Positions 49,297-57,390 of a DNA stretch of 64,000 nt are shown here, one piece after another. The stretch spans positions 10,352 through 74,351 of the IMG/VR virus record IMGVR_UViG_3300030846_000100; one strand, written 5' to 3'. The number at the start of each line of letters is the position of its first letter. The first letter of the stretch is position 1. This DNA comes from a virus. Lineage: Duplodnaviria; Caudoviricetes. The position numbers and the translations under genes were made by a program. Below the pieces are notes generated by a model. That model worked only from the letters and a program-made list of their open reading frames with translations. It was not told where the DNA came from and searched no databases.

Positions 49297-49848
49297 ATGG
49301 AAAATCAGTCCGCTAACAACGAAGAGACGGTCACGAACGAGAACGTGACCGAGGAAACATCCACCAAGGTTAAGAAAACGAAGTTAACCCCGGATGAGAA
49401 GGCAGAACGTAAGGCTGCACGTGAGGTCAAGCGGGCTGAGAAGGAAGCGAATCGTCCTCCCAAGCATTCCGCGAAGGTTGCAACGGCTCGGAACAGGCTT
49501 CCGAAGCTCGACAATGACTTGGTGAAGACATTCGATAGCTTGGTTGGGGAACTTACCAACGTTCAGTTGGAGACCCTCTCAAGTCACTTGGCACTCACTG
49601 CACGGGAGCGTCGTACGACCTCTGCGGTTGGGAAGACCGTCAAGCAGGGTCAGGTGGTCAGGATTGTCGATGGTGATGCGGGTTTCGTCGGTCAGATCGG
49701 AACCGTCACCAAGGCGAATCGAATTCGGTGCTACGTGGAGGTTCCCGGAGCCGAGAATCCACTGTACCTGTTCACTTCCGACGTTGAGTCGGTGGAGAAC
49801 GATGTTGAGATCGAGGATGCAGACCTCTCCGTGGCCGCTTCGGCTTGA
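49297..49848 (+). CDS. Lys/Glu-rich protein with a C-terminal KOW/SH3-like domain
   Basis: Charged N-terminal half; VKQGQVVRIVDG..GFVGQIGTV; GGAAAA upstream. Confidence 0.75.
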   Translation: MENQSANNEETVTNENVTEETSTKVKKTKLTPDEKAERKAAREVKRAEKEANRPPKHSAKVATARNRLPKLDNDLVKTFDSLVGELTNVQLETLSSHLALTARERRTTSAVGKTVKQGQVVRIVDGDAGFVGQIGTVTKANRIRCYVEVPGAENPLYLFTSDVESVENDVEIEDADLSVAASA

Positions 49849-49893
49849 AGCCTTCGCTTGCTGGCGGTTTGATTTCTCACCTGGTAGAAATTA

Positions 49894-49934
49894 GTTTGGG
49901 GATGGATCGCAGCAAATCAATCACATCCCCAAAC
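49894..49934. terminator. 11-bp inverted repeat between convergent genes
   Basis: GTTTGGGGATG-N19-CATCCCCAAAC. Confidence 0.4.
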
Positions 49935-50050
49935 CTTTCAACTCCTGCTTTTTAACGTTGCTTTCCCCCTTCACTATAAGGGTTCTGCATCGCACATCAG
50001 CAGTGACATCACGATCTCGCTCCTCGCGGGAGCGTTCGTGATGAACTTCA

Positions 50051-50293
50051 TCAGGCAGCCTGCACCGAAGAATCCGTGTCCTCCTCGTCACCACCGAGCT
50101 TCTCGATCTTCCTGATCATGTTCACGTTCTCGGTGATCAGCAACAGAGCCGTGCTGACGGCATCGTATGCAGCATAGTGCTGCTTGTCACTGTTCTTCGG
50201 GGTTGTCGGGAGCTGAACACCCTCGAGTGCCTTTTGGGCTCCACGGGTCAGCTTCTTGATTCGGTCCAGGTGAAAGCGAGTCAAATTTTCCAT
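50051..50293 (-). CDS. Small helical hypothetical protein
   Basis: Natural codon usage; AGAAAGG upstream. Confidence 0.65.
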   Translation of the reverse strand: MENLTRFHLDRIKKLTRGAQKALEGVQLPTTPKNSDKQHYAAYDAVSTALLLITENVNMIRKIEKLGGDEEDTDSSVQAA

Positions 50294-50297
50294 GGTG

Positions 50298-50477
50298 TGT
50301 TACATACCTTTCTTTTTGTCCTCTTTTGACGAACATCGTTGTGACGGTTCGTTCATGAACATGTTTGTAACACGGTGTGTCAATGTCCAACACAACAAAG
50401 ATGCGAGTTAATGAACAATTTATGTCGCATGATTGTACGTCGTGTGACATTTATGTTACATGGTACATATTGTCACA
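50298..50477. promoter_or_regulatory. Cluster of five TGTNACA boxes (candidate operators)
   Basis: Boxes at 50298, 50366, 50443, 50454 and 50471, between divergent genes. Confidence 0.5.
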
Positions 50478-50528
50478 ATGCTGCAACCCTCGTGATCTCG
50501 ATTATTCTCGAGATGAAAGGATTAAACC

Positions 50529-50831
50529 TTGACCTTTGAATCATTCGGTGACATGAACTTAGCGTGGCAACTCGTGATCATAATCGGGACGACCGGAATC
50601 ATGTGCGGCGCAATCGGCGGTGTGTTCATGCTGCAGGATCGTTGGCACGAGCGCAAGTTCGCGACGAATGACACTGTCGTGTTCGCGCAAACGATCGATA
50701 CACGTTTCAAGATCATAGCGAACCGTGTTAAGGATCTTGAAAAGGCGCTCAAAAATTCGAACATCGACCTGGCTGAGGATTTCTCCAAGACTCACGAGTT
50801 CGATACGAGAACCCGAGTCTTCAAACGATGA
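50529..50831 (+). CDS. Small membrane-anchored coiled-coil protein
   Basis: Hydrophobic helix followed by a heptad region. Confidence 0.6.
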   Translation: MTFESFGDMNLAWQLVIIIGTTGIMCGAIGGVFMLQDRWHERKFATNDTVVFAQTIDTRFKIIANRVKDLEKALKNSNIDLAEDFSKTHEFDTRTRVFKR

Positions 50832-51025
50832 AGGTTGACATCATCGATCTCGACCCGGGCGACCTGCTCGTGGTTGGATCGTACGTATACATCGTAGTGT
50901 CGTTCTCGCATGGCGAGGTCAACGTCCTTTCACCCATGACGAACTCATTGGTTTCGATATCGATACAGAGATCAAGATTATTTCTGTCAGGTATTACAAC
51001 ACACGTGAAATGCAATTGTGCATAA
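50828..51025 (+). CDS. Small PGD-motif family protein
   Basis: IIDLDPGDLLVV. Confidence 0.55.
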   Translation: MKVDIIDLDPGDLLVVGSYVYIVVSFSHGEVNVLSPMTNSLVSISIQRSRLFLSGITTHVKCNCA

Positions 51026-51094
51026 CTTTAAAATGTAAATCTTCAGGAATCCTGTTACAATGACTTTCATCAACGAACATGAAAGAGGAACAAG

Positions 51095-51358
51095 ATGTGC
51101 AGGATTTCTTTTAAGATGGGAGACCGTGTCCGTCTCGCGGACGGAAGGTTGGGCTTCGTAGCTTGTCCCCTGTTGGGACTCGTGATCGATGTCGCTTTCA
51201 TACGAAACGGTGACATGACGCTCGAAACGGTTCCGAAATGGAATGTTAACAACCTCGAAGCCAAGGGATCATGCAATACCTGTTCGACGTCGGCATTGAA
51301 TGAACTTTCGGGAGTTGTCCAATTGGAAATCCATTCAGGTATGCCGAAGCATCGTTGA
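51095..51358 (+). CDS. Small SH3-like hypothetical protein
   Basis: FKMGDRVRL motif; ends uncertain. Confidence 0.35.
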   Translation: MCRISFKMGDRVRLADGRLGFVACPLLGLVIDVAFIRNGDMTLETVPKWNVNNLEAKGSCNTCSTSALNELSGVVQLEIHSGMPKHR

Positions 51359-51414
51359 CCGACTCAGGATGGCAATCAACGATCGAGCAAATTGAAATCA
51401 TGAACGTATAATGT

Positions 51415-51450
51415 TGTGTTTTCCTCAACGAATCCTGATATCATTAGATC
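51415..51450 (+). promoter_or_regulatory. Early-type promoter
   Basis: TGTGTTTTCCTCAACGAATCCTGATATCATTAGATC followed by ATG. Confidence 0.7.
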
Positions 51451-51768
51451 ATGAACAAGAACAACGTCCCTCGTACCGAATCGCTTCCGAGCGTCAACAA
51501 CGTCACCTTCAAGGTCGGGGATGGCGTTCACTGGGGTTTCAACGGTGACACACGTCCAGGTACCGTCGTCGCTGTGAGCAGGTCGGGTCGGGAGGTCACT
51601 GTCGTTCTGGATAAATTCGTGATCGACGAGGATGATAAAGGCTTCAAGGAAGGTCCGCGTAAAGGAACGTTCATTCAAAGACCACGAAACAACCTCGAAT
51701 GTCCGATGAACGCCGTGAATTCTTTCGACAATGTGGTAAACGTGGTGCGGCGAAATCAAAACGTTTGA
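51451..51768 (+). CDS. Early SH3-like hypothetical protein
   Basis: FKVGDGV.W...GD..PGTVVAVS.SG; the C-terminal third looks degenerate. Confidence 0.6.
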   Translation: MNKNNVPRTESLPSVNNVTFKVGDGVHWGFNGDTRPGTVVAVSRSGREVTVVLDKFVIDEDDKGFKEGPRKGTFIQRPRNNLECPMNAVNSFDNVVNVVRRNQNV

Positions 51769-51915
51769 GGGTTAGCGGGCCCGCTGTCTAAGCCAGCCCC
51801 AAACCAGCTGGTAAAACCAGCCCCATTTAAGCCTAGGGGCCAGGCCAGCCCGTTGCAACCTTTTTAGGGCCTTCTCGAGCCACTCCCCGGGACTAAGGGC
51901 TCCTCAACAGCGCGC
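51769..51915. other. Compositionally alien non-coding element with palindromes and CCAGCCC repeats
   Basis: AGCGGGCCCGCT, ACCAGCTGGT, CCAGCCC x3, several GGCC, no GATC. Confidence 0.5.
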
Positions 51916-52043
51916 GTGTTTTCATTCAGAATTCGAGACATGTTCTTTCCCATCGAAAGTGATATCGGTGGCCCTTCCGACGATCGATTCGTACCATTGA
52001 TCGTGTTCTTTTTCCAGACAGTGATGAGGTTCTTTGAGGTCAA

Positions 52044-52316
52044 GTGAGCGCCTTCGGCGAGGGTATCGGCGAGGGTATTGACATCCCGTTTACGGAAATA
52101 CTTCCGGGTGATCTGATCGTACCGCTCTCATGGAAAATTCTGTGCGTGTTATCAATCGTTCGCGTCGAGCATCCGTACGAGGATTCTTTTTATCGGCTAC
52201 AATTCCTTGCGAAGCAGGATCGGCTGCGGTGGGTTCATGATTCAGTATCGTACAGGCAACAATCGCATTTTGGGGCGAGATACCACTACCGAAACGGTCA
52301 ATCGTTGAAATTCTAG
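52044..52316 (+). CDS. Small PGD-motif family protein
   Basis: FTEILPGDLIV; 12-bp tandem duplication CGGCGAGGGTAT at 52055-52078. Confidence 0.55.
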   Translation: MSAFGEGIGEGIDIPFTEILPGDLIVPLSWKILCVLSIVRVEHPYEDSFYRLQFLAKQDRLRWVHDSVSYRQQSHFGARYHYRNGQSLKF

Positions 52317-52351
52317 GAACGTGATGCAAATTTGGGTTTTCTGTTTAAATT

Positions 52352-52387
52352 GTTGTTCTTTCCTCACGAAAGTAATATCCTTAGATC
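52352..52387 (+). promoter_or_regulatory. Early-type promoter
   Basis: TGTTCTTTCCTCACGAAAGTAATATCCTTAGATC followed by ATG. Confidence 0.65.
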
Positions 52388-52576
52388 ATGAAACACTCCA
52401 CTCGCATCATCAAGTCCCTCAAGAAGAACCAGCCCACGAACCTCCTCATCAAGTGGGGTGATAACACCACCTTGAATCTCAAAGGCGTCGTGAAGAAGGT
52501 GAATCATACCAAGCGAGAGATCATGGTCATTTCCAATGGCATCGAGTACACCTTCGGTTTCGAGAACGTCGTATGA
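52388..52576 (+). CDS. Small early protein, paralog of 53961..54143
   Basis: Shared G.VKKV...EYTFGF..(I/V)V motif. Confidence 0.7.
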   Translation: MKHSTRIIKSLKKNQPTNLLIKWGDNTTLNLKGVVKKVNHTKREIMVISNGIEYTFGFENVV

Positions 52577-52748
52577 ACGACAGGATCAAGAAGGCCTCGG
52601 ACAATGTCCGAGGCCTTCGAGAAAGCGAAGACAGAGTACTACGAAGAAGTTGAACTTGCGAGGAAAGAAAATCGTCCGGTTTCGGAGTTCATCGTCGGAA
52701 AATTCAATGGGCTGAGCCTGGCCCGTCACATCGTGTGGAACGTGATAA

Positions 52749-53012
52749 ATGGAAACTAAACGACGACGACGAACTCGCAAAGAACATGCCTGGCATGTTC
52801 CTAAATCAAAGGTTCATGTGATCGTACCCGTACGAATCAATTACATACCTCATGTTCGTTCGATCACGAACGAGGTTTTCCGCTTTGAAAAATCACTTAT
52901 CAATCGTAACAAGCGCGTCGAGAGACGATTTGCTGAGAATTTCAACCTGGGTTTGTTGTTAGAGACTGGGCGGCGCGGAACATTCTCATTAAGGTCGCGG
53001 ATTTATGACTGA
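52749..53012 (+). CDS. Small basic hypothetical protein
   Basis: ORF in the operon direction. Confidence 0.4.
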   Translation: METKRRRRTRKEHAWHVPKSKVHVIVPVRINYIPHVRSITNEVFRFEKSLINRNKRVERRFAENFNLGLLLETGRRGTFSLRSRIYD

Positions 53013-53301
53013 TGTGCAGAAACGGCTACTCACAATCCGTTTGCGGTTGCGCCTGGAAGAGACCCTGAAGATGGCTCGAGAATCTGAAATTAGATGGGCT
53101 TCAGAAGAGGCTGAAGAAAAACTTAGGCACGTTTGCACGGCTAGGTGCCCTGTAGACTGCCTATGGTGATTCTTTCTAAGATGATACCGCGGGGGTTCAA
53201 TAAATGGTGAGTACACCGTCATCCGAAACGGAAAATTGATTAAAGATCGGTCATTTTTATGCTTCTTTACGAGCTTTTCAATCGTTGGTGCAGAAAGTTT
53301 T

Positions 53302-53336
53302 AATGTTCTTTCACGAGGAACATGATAGGATCTAAC
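53302..53336 (+). promoter_or_regulatory. Early-type promoter
   Basis: TGTTCTTTCACGAGGAACATGATAGGATCTAAC followed by ATG. Confidence 0.65.
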
Positions 53337-53579
53337 ATGAATTCTTTTCCGGTTGCTGAAAATGCCCGTTTTCGTCATCGCATCATGCGCAGGGATACAA
53401 CGGCCACTGAATCATGTGGTCGCGATACGATCAGAATGACACGTACACCCGATGGCCTACTGGCGATCGCTGATCGTCATGCGAACGAAGGTAACTTTGA
53501 GGCATCGGAATTTTTTTTGATGATGGCTGAGAACGCAGAACCGCTCGAAATCGAGATTGATTTCGAACCTCTCGGTTAA
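53337..53579 (+). CDS. Small early hypothetical protein
   Basis: Start re-placed at MNSFP directly after the promoter. Confidence 0.6.
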   Translation: MNSFPVAENARFRHRIMRRDTTATESCGRDTIRMTRTPDGLLAIADRHANEGNFEASEFFLMMAENAEPLEIEIDFEPLG

Positions 53580-53581
53580 TT

Positions 53582-53617
53582 TGTGTTCTTTCGTCAGGAA
53601 CATGTTAAGATCAGATC
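53582..53617 (+). promoter_or_regulatory. Early-type promoter
   Basis: TGTGTTCTTTCGTCAGGAACATGTTAAGATCAGATC followed by ATG. Confidence 0.7.
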
Positions 53618-53872
53618 ATGAACAAGTTCCCCTCCGTTGAATCCCTTCTCGGTCTCTCGCGTCAGTTCACGATTGGTTATACCGTTACAGTGAACGATGT
53701 ATTGGGTTACGTTGCTTCATCGAACGAACCAGTCGTCATTGGATCGTCGCCTGCTCTCACAATTGCGACATGCACCGATCTCGTTGAAATCGTTGGCACG
53801 ACGATGCAAGGTAACGTCAAGATGAACCTCGTCAAGATGTTGCCAGACGGTCTTGCGCGATTGAATGCGTGA
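53618..53872 (+). CDS. Small early hypothetical protein
   Basis: ATG directly after the promoter. Confidence 0.6.
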   Translation: MNKFPSVESLLGLSRQFTIGYTVTVNDVLGYVASSNEPVVIGSSPALTIATCTDLVEIVGTTMQGNVKMNLVKMLPDGLARLNA

Positions 53873-53923
53873 ACGATGTGAACGATCATCGGTGAATTAG
53901 CAACGACTCTCGATCAATCGAAC

Positions 53924-53960
53924 CTTGTTCATTCAACCACCGATATGGTACTATTAACGT
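53924..53960 (+). promoter_or_regulatory. Early-type promoter (variant)
   Basis: TGTTCATTCAACCACCGATATGGTACTATTAACGT followed by ATG. Confidence 0.5.
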
Positions 53961-54143
53961 ATGAAGTTCAGAAAGAACGATCAAGTAAATTTAAACGTGA
54001 AGTTCGGTGCGAAGACGCTTGCCGTGAATGGTATTGTGAAGAAGGTCGATGGTAATCACGCTGAGTTGACCGTCGATTGTGGTAACGTTGAGTACACGTT
54101 CGGATTCTGTGACATCGTTGAATCTGTATTGAAAAGTGACTGA
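53961..54143 (+). CDS. Small early protein, paralog of 52388..52576
   Basis: NGIVKKVDG...EYTFGFCDIV. Confidence 0.7.
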   Translation: MKFRKNDQVNLNVKFGAKTLAVNGIVKKVDGNHAELTVDCGNVEYTFGFCDIVESVLKSD

Positions 54144-54292
54144 ACGAGCAATTCTTGCCGGAAAATTGAGGTATTACGACATGAAGCCAGGGATATTCTT
54201 TTTGTCGAGATTACGAAGGATTTCAACGAACGTTGTTAGTCATTGGTTCAAGTTCCCCTTAGAGATTGTTTTTTCGAAAAATTGTACACTTT

Positions 54293-54748
54293 ATGATCGA
54301 ATATCACCAATGTGATCTTTTTCTAGCACCCGAAGGTTCTATTCTCGTTCACGCATGTAACGCGAAAGGTGTATGGGGTTCAGGGATTGCAAAGGAATTC
54401 AAACGAAGATTTCCTCTTTCATTTGAACAATACGAAAAATATTGCAAGCAACCTATCGAAATCACGAGGGGATCGTGCCTTCTTGTGGGAGAAGGCCAAT
54501 TCGGCATAGGCTGCCTGATCACATCGAACGGTTATGGAAAACACGTTGACGATCCTGAGACAATTTTGCTGGCGACACGATCAGCGTTCAACGAGTTGCT
54601 CGAACAGATCGGATCGGACACAGAAATTCACATGCCGAAGATCAATTCAGGTTTGTTCAATGTTCCTTGGGAGTTGACGGAGCAAGTATTGAACCAGACG
54701 TTGAACGATCATTGCAACATTCACAGGTGCGTTGTTTATGAACTTTGA
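54293..54748 (+). CDS. Macro domain protein (Poa1p-like ADP-ribose-processing)
   Basis: DLF, LVHACNAKGVWGSGIA..FK..FP and MPKINSGLF..PW. Start re-placed at MIEYH. Confidence 0.88.
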   Translation: MIEYHQCDLFLAPEGSILVHACNAKGVWGSGIAKEFKRRFPLSFEQYEKYCKQPIEITRGSCLLVGEGQFGIGCLITSNGYGKHVDDPETILLATRSAFNELLEQIGSDTEIHMPKINSGLFNVPWELTEQVLNQTLNDHCNIHRCVVYEL

Positions 54749-55067
54749 TAAAAATGATGCAAAGCGACGGAAAATCATTCGTGAGTACAAAGAAGATCTG
54801 ACTCAAGCAGGAGGTGAACATTACTTTCTTTGGAGAGAAAATGTGCGACCTGGTACGCTGATCATGAATTGTAACGATCCAAAAGTTGATTTCCTTGTCA
54901 TTTCATGTGAAATTATCTATCATGAGGACTGTGATGATTCGAAGGTAAAAATTCTCGTTCTTGACATGAAGAGAAAAATAACGTTTACCTGGTACAGGTA
55001 CGATCGGTATTCCATTTACGATTGGATACTTTTACAACCTTTGAATGTTTCTTCGTTGAACCTATGA
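54732..55067 (+). CDS. PG(T)-motif family protein
   Basis: RENVRPGTLIM...FLVIS. Confidence 0.55.
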   Translation: MFMNFDKNDAKRRKIIREYKEDLTQAGGEHYFLWRENVRPGTLIMNCNDPKVDFLVISCEIIYHEDCDDSKVKILVLDMKRKITFTWYRYDRYSIYDWILLQPLNVSSLNL

Positions 55068-55068
55068 T

Positions 55069-55392
55069 ATGATCAACACCATGATTACGAAGCAATGTTT
55101 GCTTACTCGAGGATTCACGAAGTACAAGAATAACGAGGGAAGCTGGGCGGACGAATTCTACAAGTTGTGCGTTCGGAATTCAAGTAAGAATCTTTTCTTC
55201 ATCGACATGAAGTACTACCGCAACGTGTCGCAGCCGTGGGCACCGAGCGCTAGAATGTACAGGAGTTCTGATTGTTCGTTCACGGTTTCCTTTGTCGTGG
55301 AAAATAGTTGGACGATCGATCGTTTGATCGCGGAGTTCACTCTGGCATACACATTGATGCAATGCGTGCCAGACATTCACAACAATGACTGA
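55069..55392 (+). CDS. Hypothetical protein
   Basis: Natural-looking ORF in the operon. Confidence 0.6.
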   Translation: MINTMITKQCLLTRGFTKYKNNEGSWADEFYKLCVRNSSKNLFFIDMKYYRNVSQPWAPSARMYRSSDCSFTVSFVVENSWTIDRLIAEFTLAYTLMQCVPDIHNND

Positions 55393-55426
55393 TGTTCTTT
55401 CTTAGAAGAACGTGATACAATTAATC
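55391..55426 (+). promoter_or_regulatory. Early-type promoter
   Basis: TGTTCTTTCTTAGAAGAACGTGATACAATTAATC followed by ATG. Confidence 0.6.
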
Positions 55427-55924
55427 ATGGGAACCAACAATATCAAAGCGTACCCTCTTGAACGCGCCGAAGAGATTCTTAATGGTCCGATGTCGCTTGA
55501 CAAAGCAATCCTGATCGCCGTCATCGGGCATGCGGGTCAGGAGGATAAGGGCGGTAACAGCTACATTCGTCACCCGCTTCGCGTGATGGAGGAACTTGAT
55601 TCTGAGGATGAAATGATCGCGGGCGTGAGTCATGACCTCGTCGAAGACACAGACATCACGCTGGAAGATTTGACCGAGGTGGGATTTTCCAACACTCACA
55701 TCAAGACGATCGATGCTCTCACGAAGCGTGATGGCGAGACGTACGTTGAAAGCATCGAACGCGTCACGAAGAATCCGACCGCTCGTAAGGTCAAGACAAA
55801 GGACATCAAGGACAATTCAAAGCTTTGGCGCCTGAAGTCAAAGAAGCTCGGCCCGAAGGATCTTGAGAGGATGCAAAATTACATCGACGCTCTCGTCGTC
55901 CTGGGAGAGATCGACAAGAAGTGA
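55427..55924 (+). CDS. Stand-alone SpoT/Mesh1-like HD hydrolase
   Basis: A...H.GQ.DK.G..YI.HPLRV, HDLVEDT and K..DI.DN. Start re-placed at MGTNN. Confidence 0.85.
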   Translation: MGTNNIKAYPLERAEEILNGPMSLDKAILIAVIGHAGQEDKGGNSYIRHPLRVMEELDSEDEMIAGVSHDLVEDTDITLEDLTEVGFSNTHIKTIDALTKRDGETYVESIERVTKNPTARKVKTKDIKDNSKLWRLKSKKLGPKDLERMQNYIDALVVLGEIDKK

Positions 55925-56169
55925 ACATTGTACCCGGTACGTTATTGATGGTACAGACCATCAATCCAGGGAGGATTCAAGCTCAAATGCTCGACATGCG
56001 TCATAAGTTGCATGACATCAAGAGTGGAACGACGGTACTTGTTTTAAGCGTGGAAAAATGTAAAGAAAGCGTAACATTTACGTACTTCGTTAACGGTCAA
56101 TTGTTTTGGAATCGGATGAATGCCGAGCATGTTGAATTCCATCACAACTTTGATTTTAAGGTTCTTTGA
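55921..56169 (+). CDS. Small PG(T)-motif family protein
   Basis: MNIVPGTLLMV. Confidence 0.55.
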   Translation: MNIVPGTLLMVQTINPGRIQAQMLDMRHKLHDIKSGTTVLVLSVEKCKESVTFTYFVNGQLFWNRMNAEHVEFHHNFDFKVL

Positions 56170-56420
56170 TGAACAAGACAAGGTTCGATCAACTCGCTCC
56201 CGGTGATCTGTTGCTTGCAACGGCGGGAATGTTATGTAAGCCGATTCAAAGTTTTGTCATTTCAAGAACGGAACTCGAGATCACAGTGTTGTGCGAGGAC
56301 ATGCACGTGGAATCGTGGGATCTTGACGAGATCAACGAGTCAGATATCACCAGCATCGTAGATTCCGAATGGAAATTGATCGAGTATTCTCGTGAAGTAC
56401 AACGAACTCGTTCCCGGTGA
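56166..56420 (+). CDS. Small PGD-motif family protein
   Basis: FDQLAPGDLLL...FVISRTELEITVL. Confidence 0.6.
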   Translation: MMNKTRFDQLAPGDLLLATAGMLCKPIQSFVISRTELEITVLCEDMHVESWDLDEINESDITSIVDSEWKLIEYSREVQRTRSR

Positions 56421-56598
56421 TTGGTTGATCGAAGCGGACAATCAATTCAATAATGAACGTACGTTAATGTGGTGCTTCGTGCTTTCACGCGTCAATGACG
56501 AGATCCGGGTAATTGATGAATGCGCAAGAATCATTCACTGGCACAGCCTTGACATGAAGGTTGACGATGGTTGGATCGTGATCAAAAATGATCGGTAG
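56392..56598 (+). CDS. Small PGD-motif family protein
   Basis: YNELVPGDWLI...FVLSR. Confidence 0.6.
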   Translation: MKYNELVPGDWLIEADNQFNNERTLMWCFVLSRVNDEIRVIDECARIIHWHSLDMKVDDGWIVIKNDR

Positions 56599-56830
56599 CT
56601 TTGTAAAATTGTACAGGTACGGTTTTTCTCCCACGCCTGATTGGAACAAGTATCGTCTTGTTTATCCCACCGTCCCGGCTCGTAAACATCCCTCGGCAAG
56701 TTTGTTGGGGTTGATATTTGCTATTTACGAAACAAACGCTGGATTCACCGTGGGAATCATTTTCAATGGTATCGTTTGCTACGACACGCTCAAATCGTTG
56801 ACAACGCTGAAACAAAACATCGTTGAATGA
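56588..56830 (+). CDS. Small hypothetical protein
   Basis: Overlap-coupled ORF. Confidence 0.5.
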   Translation: MIGSFVKLYRYGFSPTPDWNKYRLVYPTVPARKHPSASLLGLIFAIYETNAGFTVGIIFNGIVCYDTLKSLTTLKQNIVE

Positions 56831-56862
56831 TCTCGGCTGGAGATTGAACGAGCAATGAATGC

Positions 56863-57180
56863 ATGTGTAGAATTGATCAACTGATGAAAAAAGAAAAATT
56901 GCTTGAGTTCAATGACACCACAAAAAGAACTAAGTTCATTGAATTTCTCGAAGAATATACTTGTACCGATCTCATTGATGCGTTCAATTCAACCAAGAAT
57001 CCTCAGGTAAACCTCGTTCCGTTTAAATCTTCGATCCTTAAGGAACAAACGACAATGTCACAGGAAGTTTACGATCTTTTCAAGAAAGAAATTGATTCTT
57101 GTTGGTTATTGACAATAAATGGTGAAAGCATGTTAATTTCTTCTGCAGGAGCATCAAAGTTAAAAACGTATGGTTTTTGA
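56863..57180 (+). CDS. Hypothetical protein
   Basis: ORF in the operon; start uncertain. Confidence 0.5.
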   Translation: MCRIDQLMKKEKLLEFNDTTKRTKFIEFLEEYTCTDLIDAFNSTKNPQVNLVPFKSSILKEQTTMSQEVYDLFKKEIDSCWLLTINGESMLISSAGASKLKTYGF

Positions 57181-57367
57181 TCTTGGTCACGGTGTAACGA
57201 TTGAAGATCGTTCTAAAACAGGTTTCATTATTCGTGTCAATAAAAATTTTAAAGGTGAACAAACGTATCTTGTACGATGGGTACATCCACGAGATGCTGC
57301 GGGATCACAAGAAACTATCGTTCATTTAGCATTGTTCACGTTGTACGAAGGCCATTTTAACGTTTGA
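57170..57367 (+). CDS. Small SH3-like hypothetical protein
   Basis: LGHGVTI...TGFIIRV...YLVRWV. Confidence 0.5.
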   Translation: MVFDLGHGVTIEDRSKTGFIIRVNKNFKGEQTYLVRWVHPRDAAGSQETIVHLALFTLYEGHFNV

Positions 57368-57390
57368 ATTTCCGGTTGGGGAAGAAAAAT

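Noticed and set aside
51703-51795. Alternative-frame peptide MSDERREFFRQCGKRGAAKSKR resembling a KGG-type motif
   Set aside because: Only about 30 codons, no initiation signal and weak resemblance; may be a relic but is unsupported.
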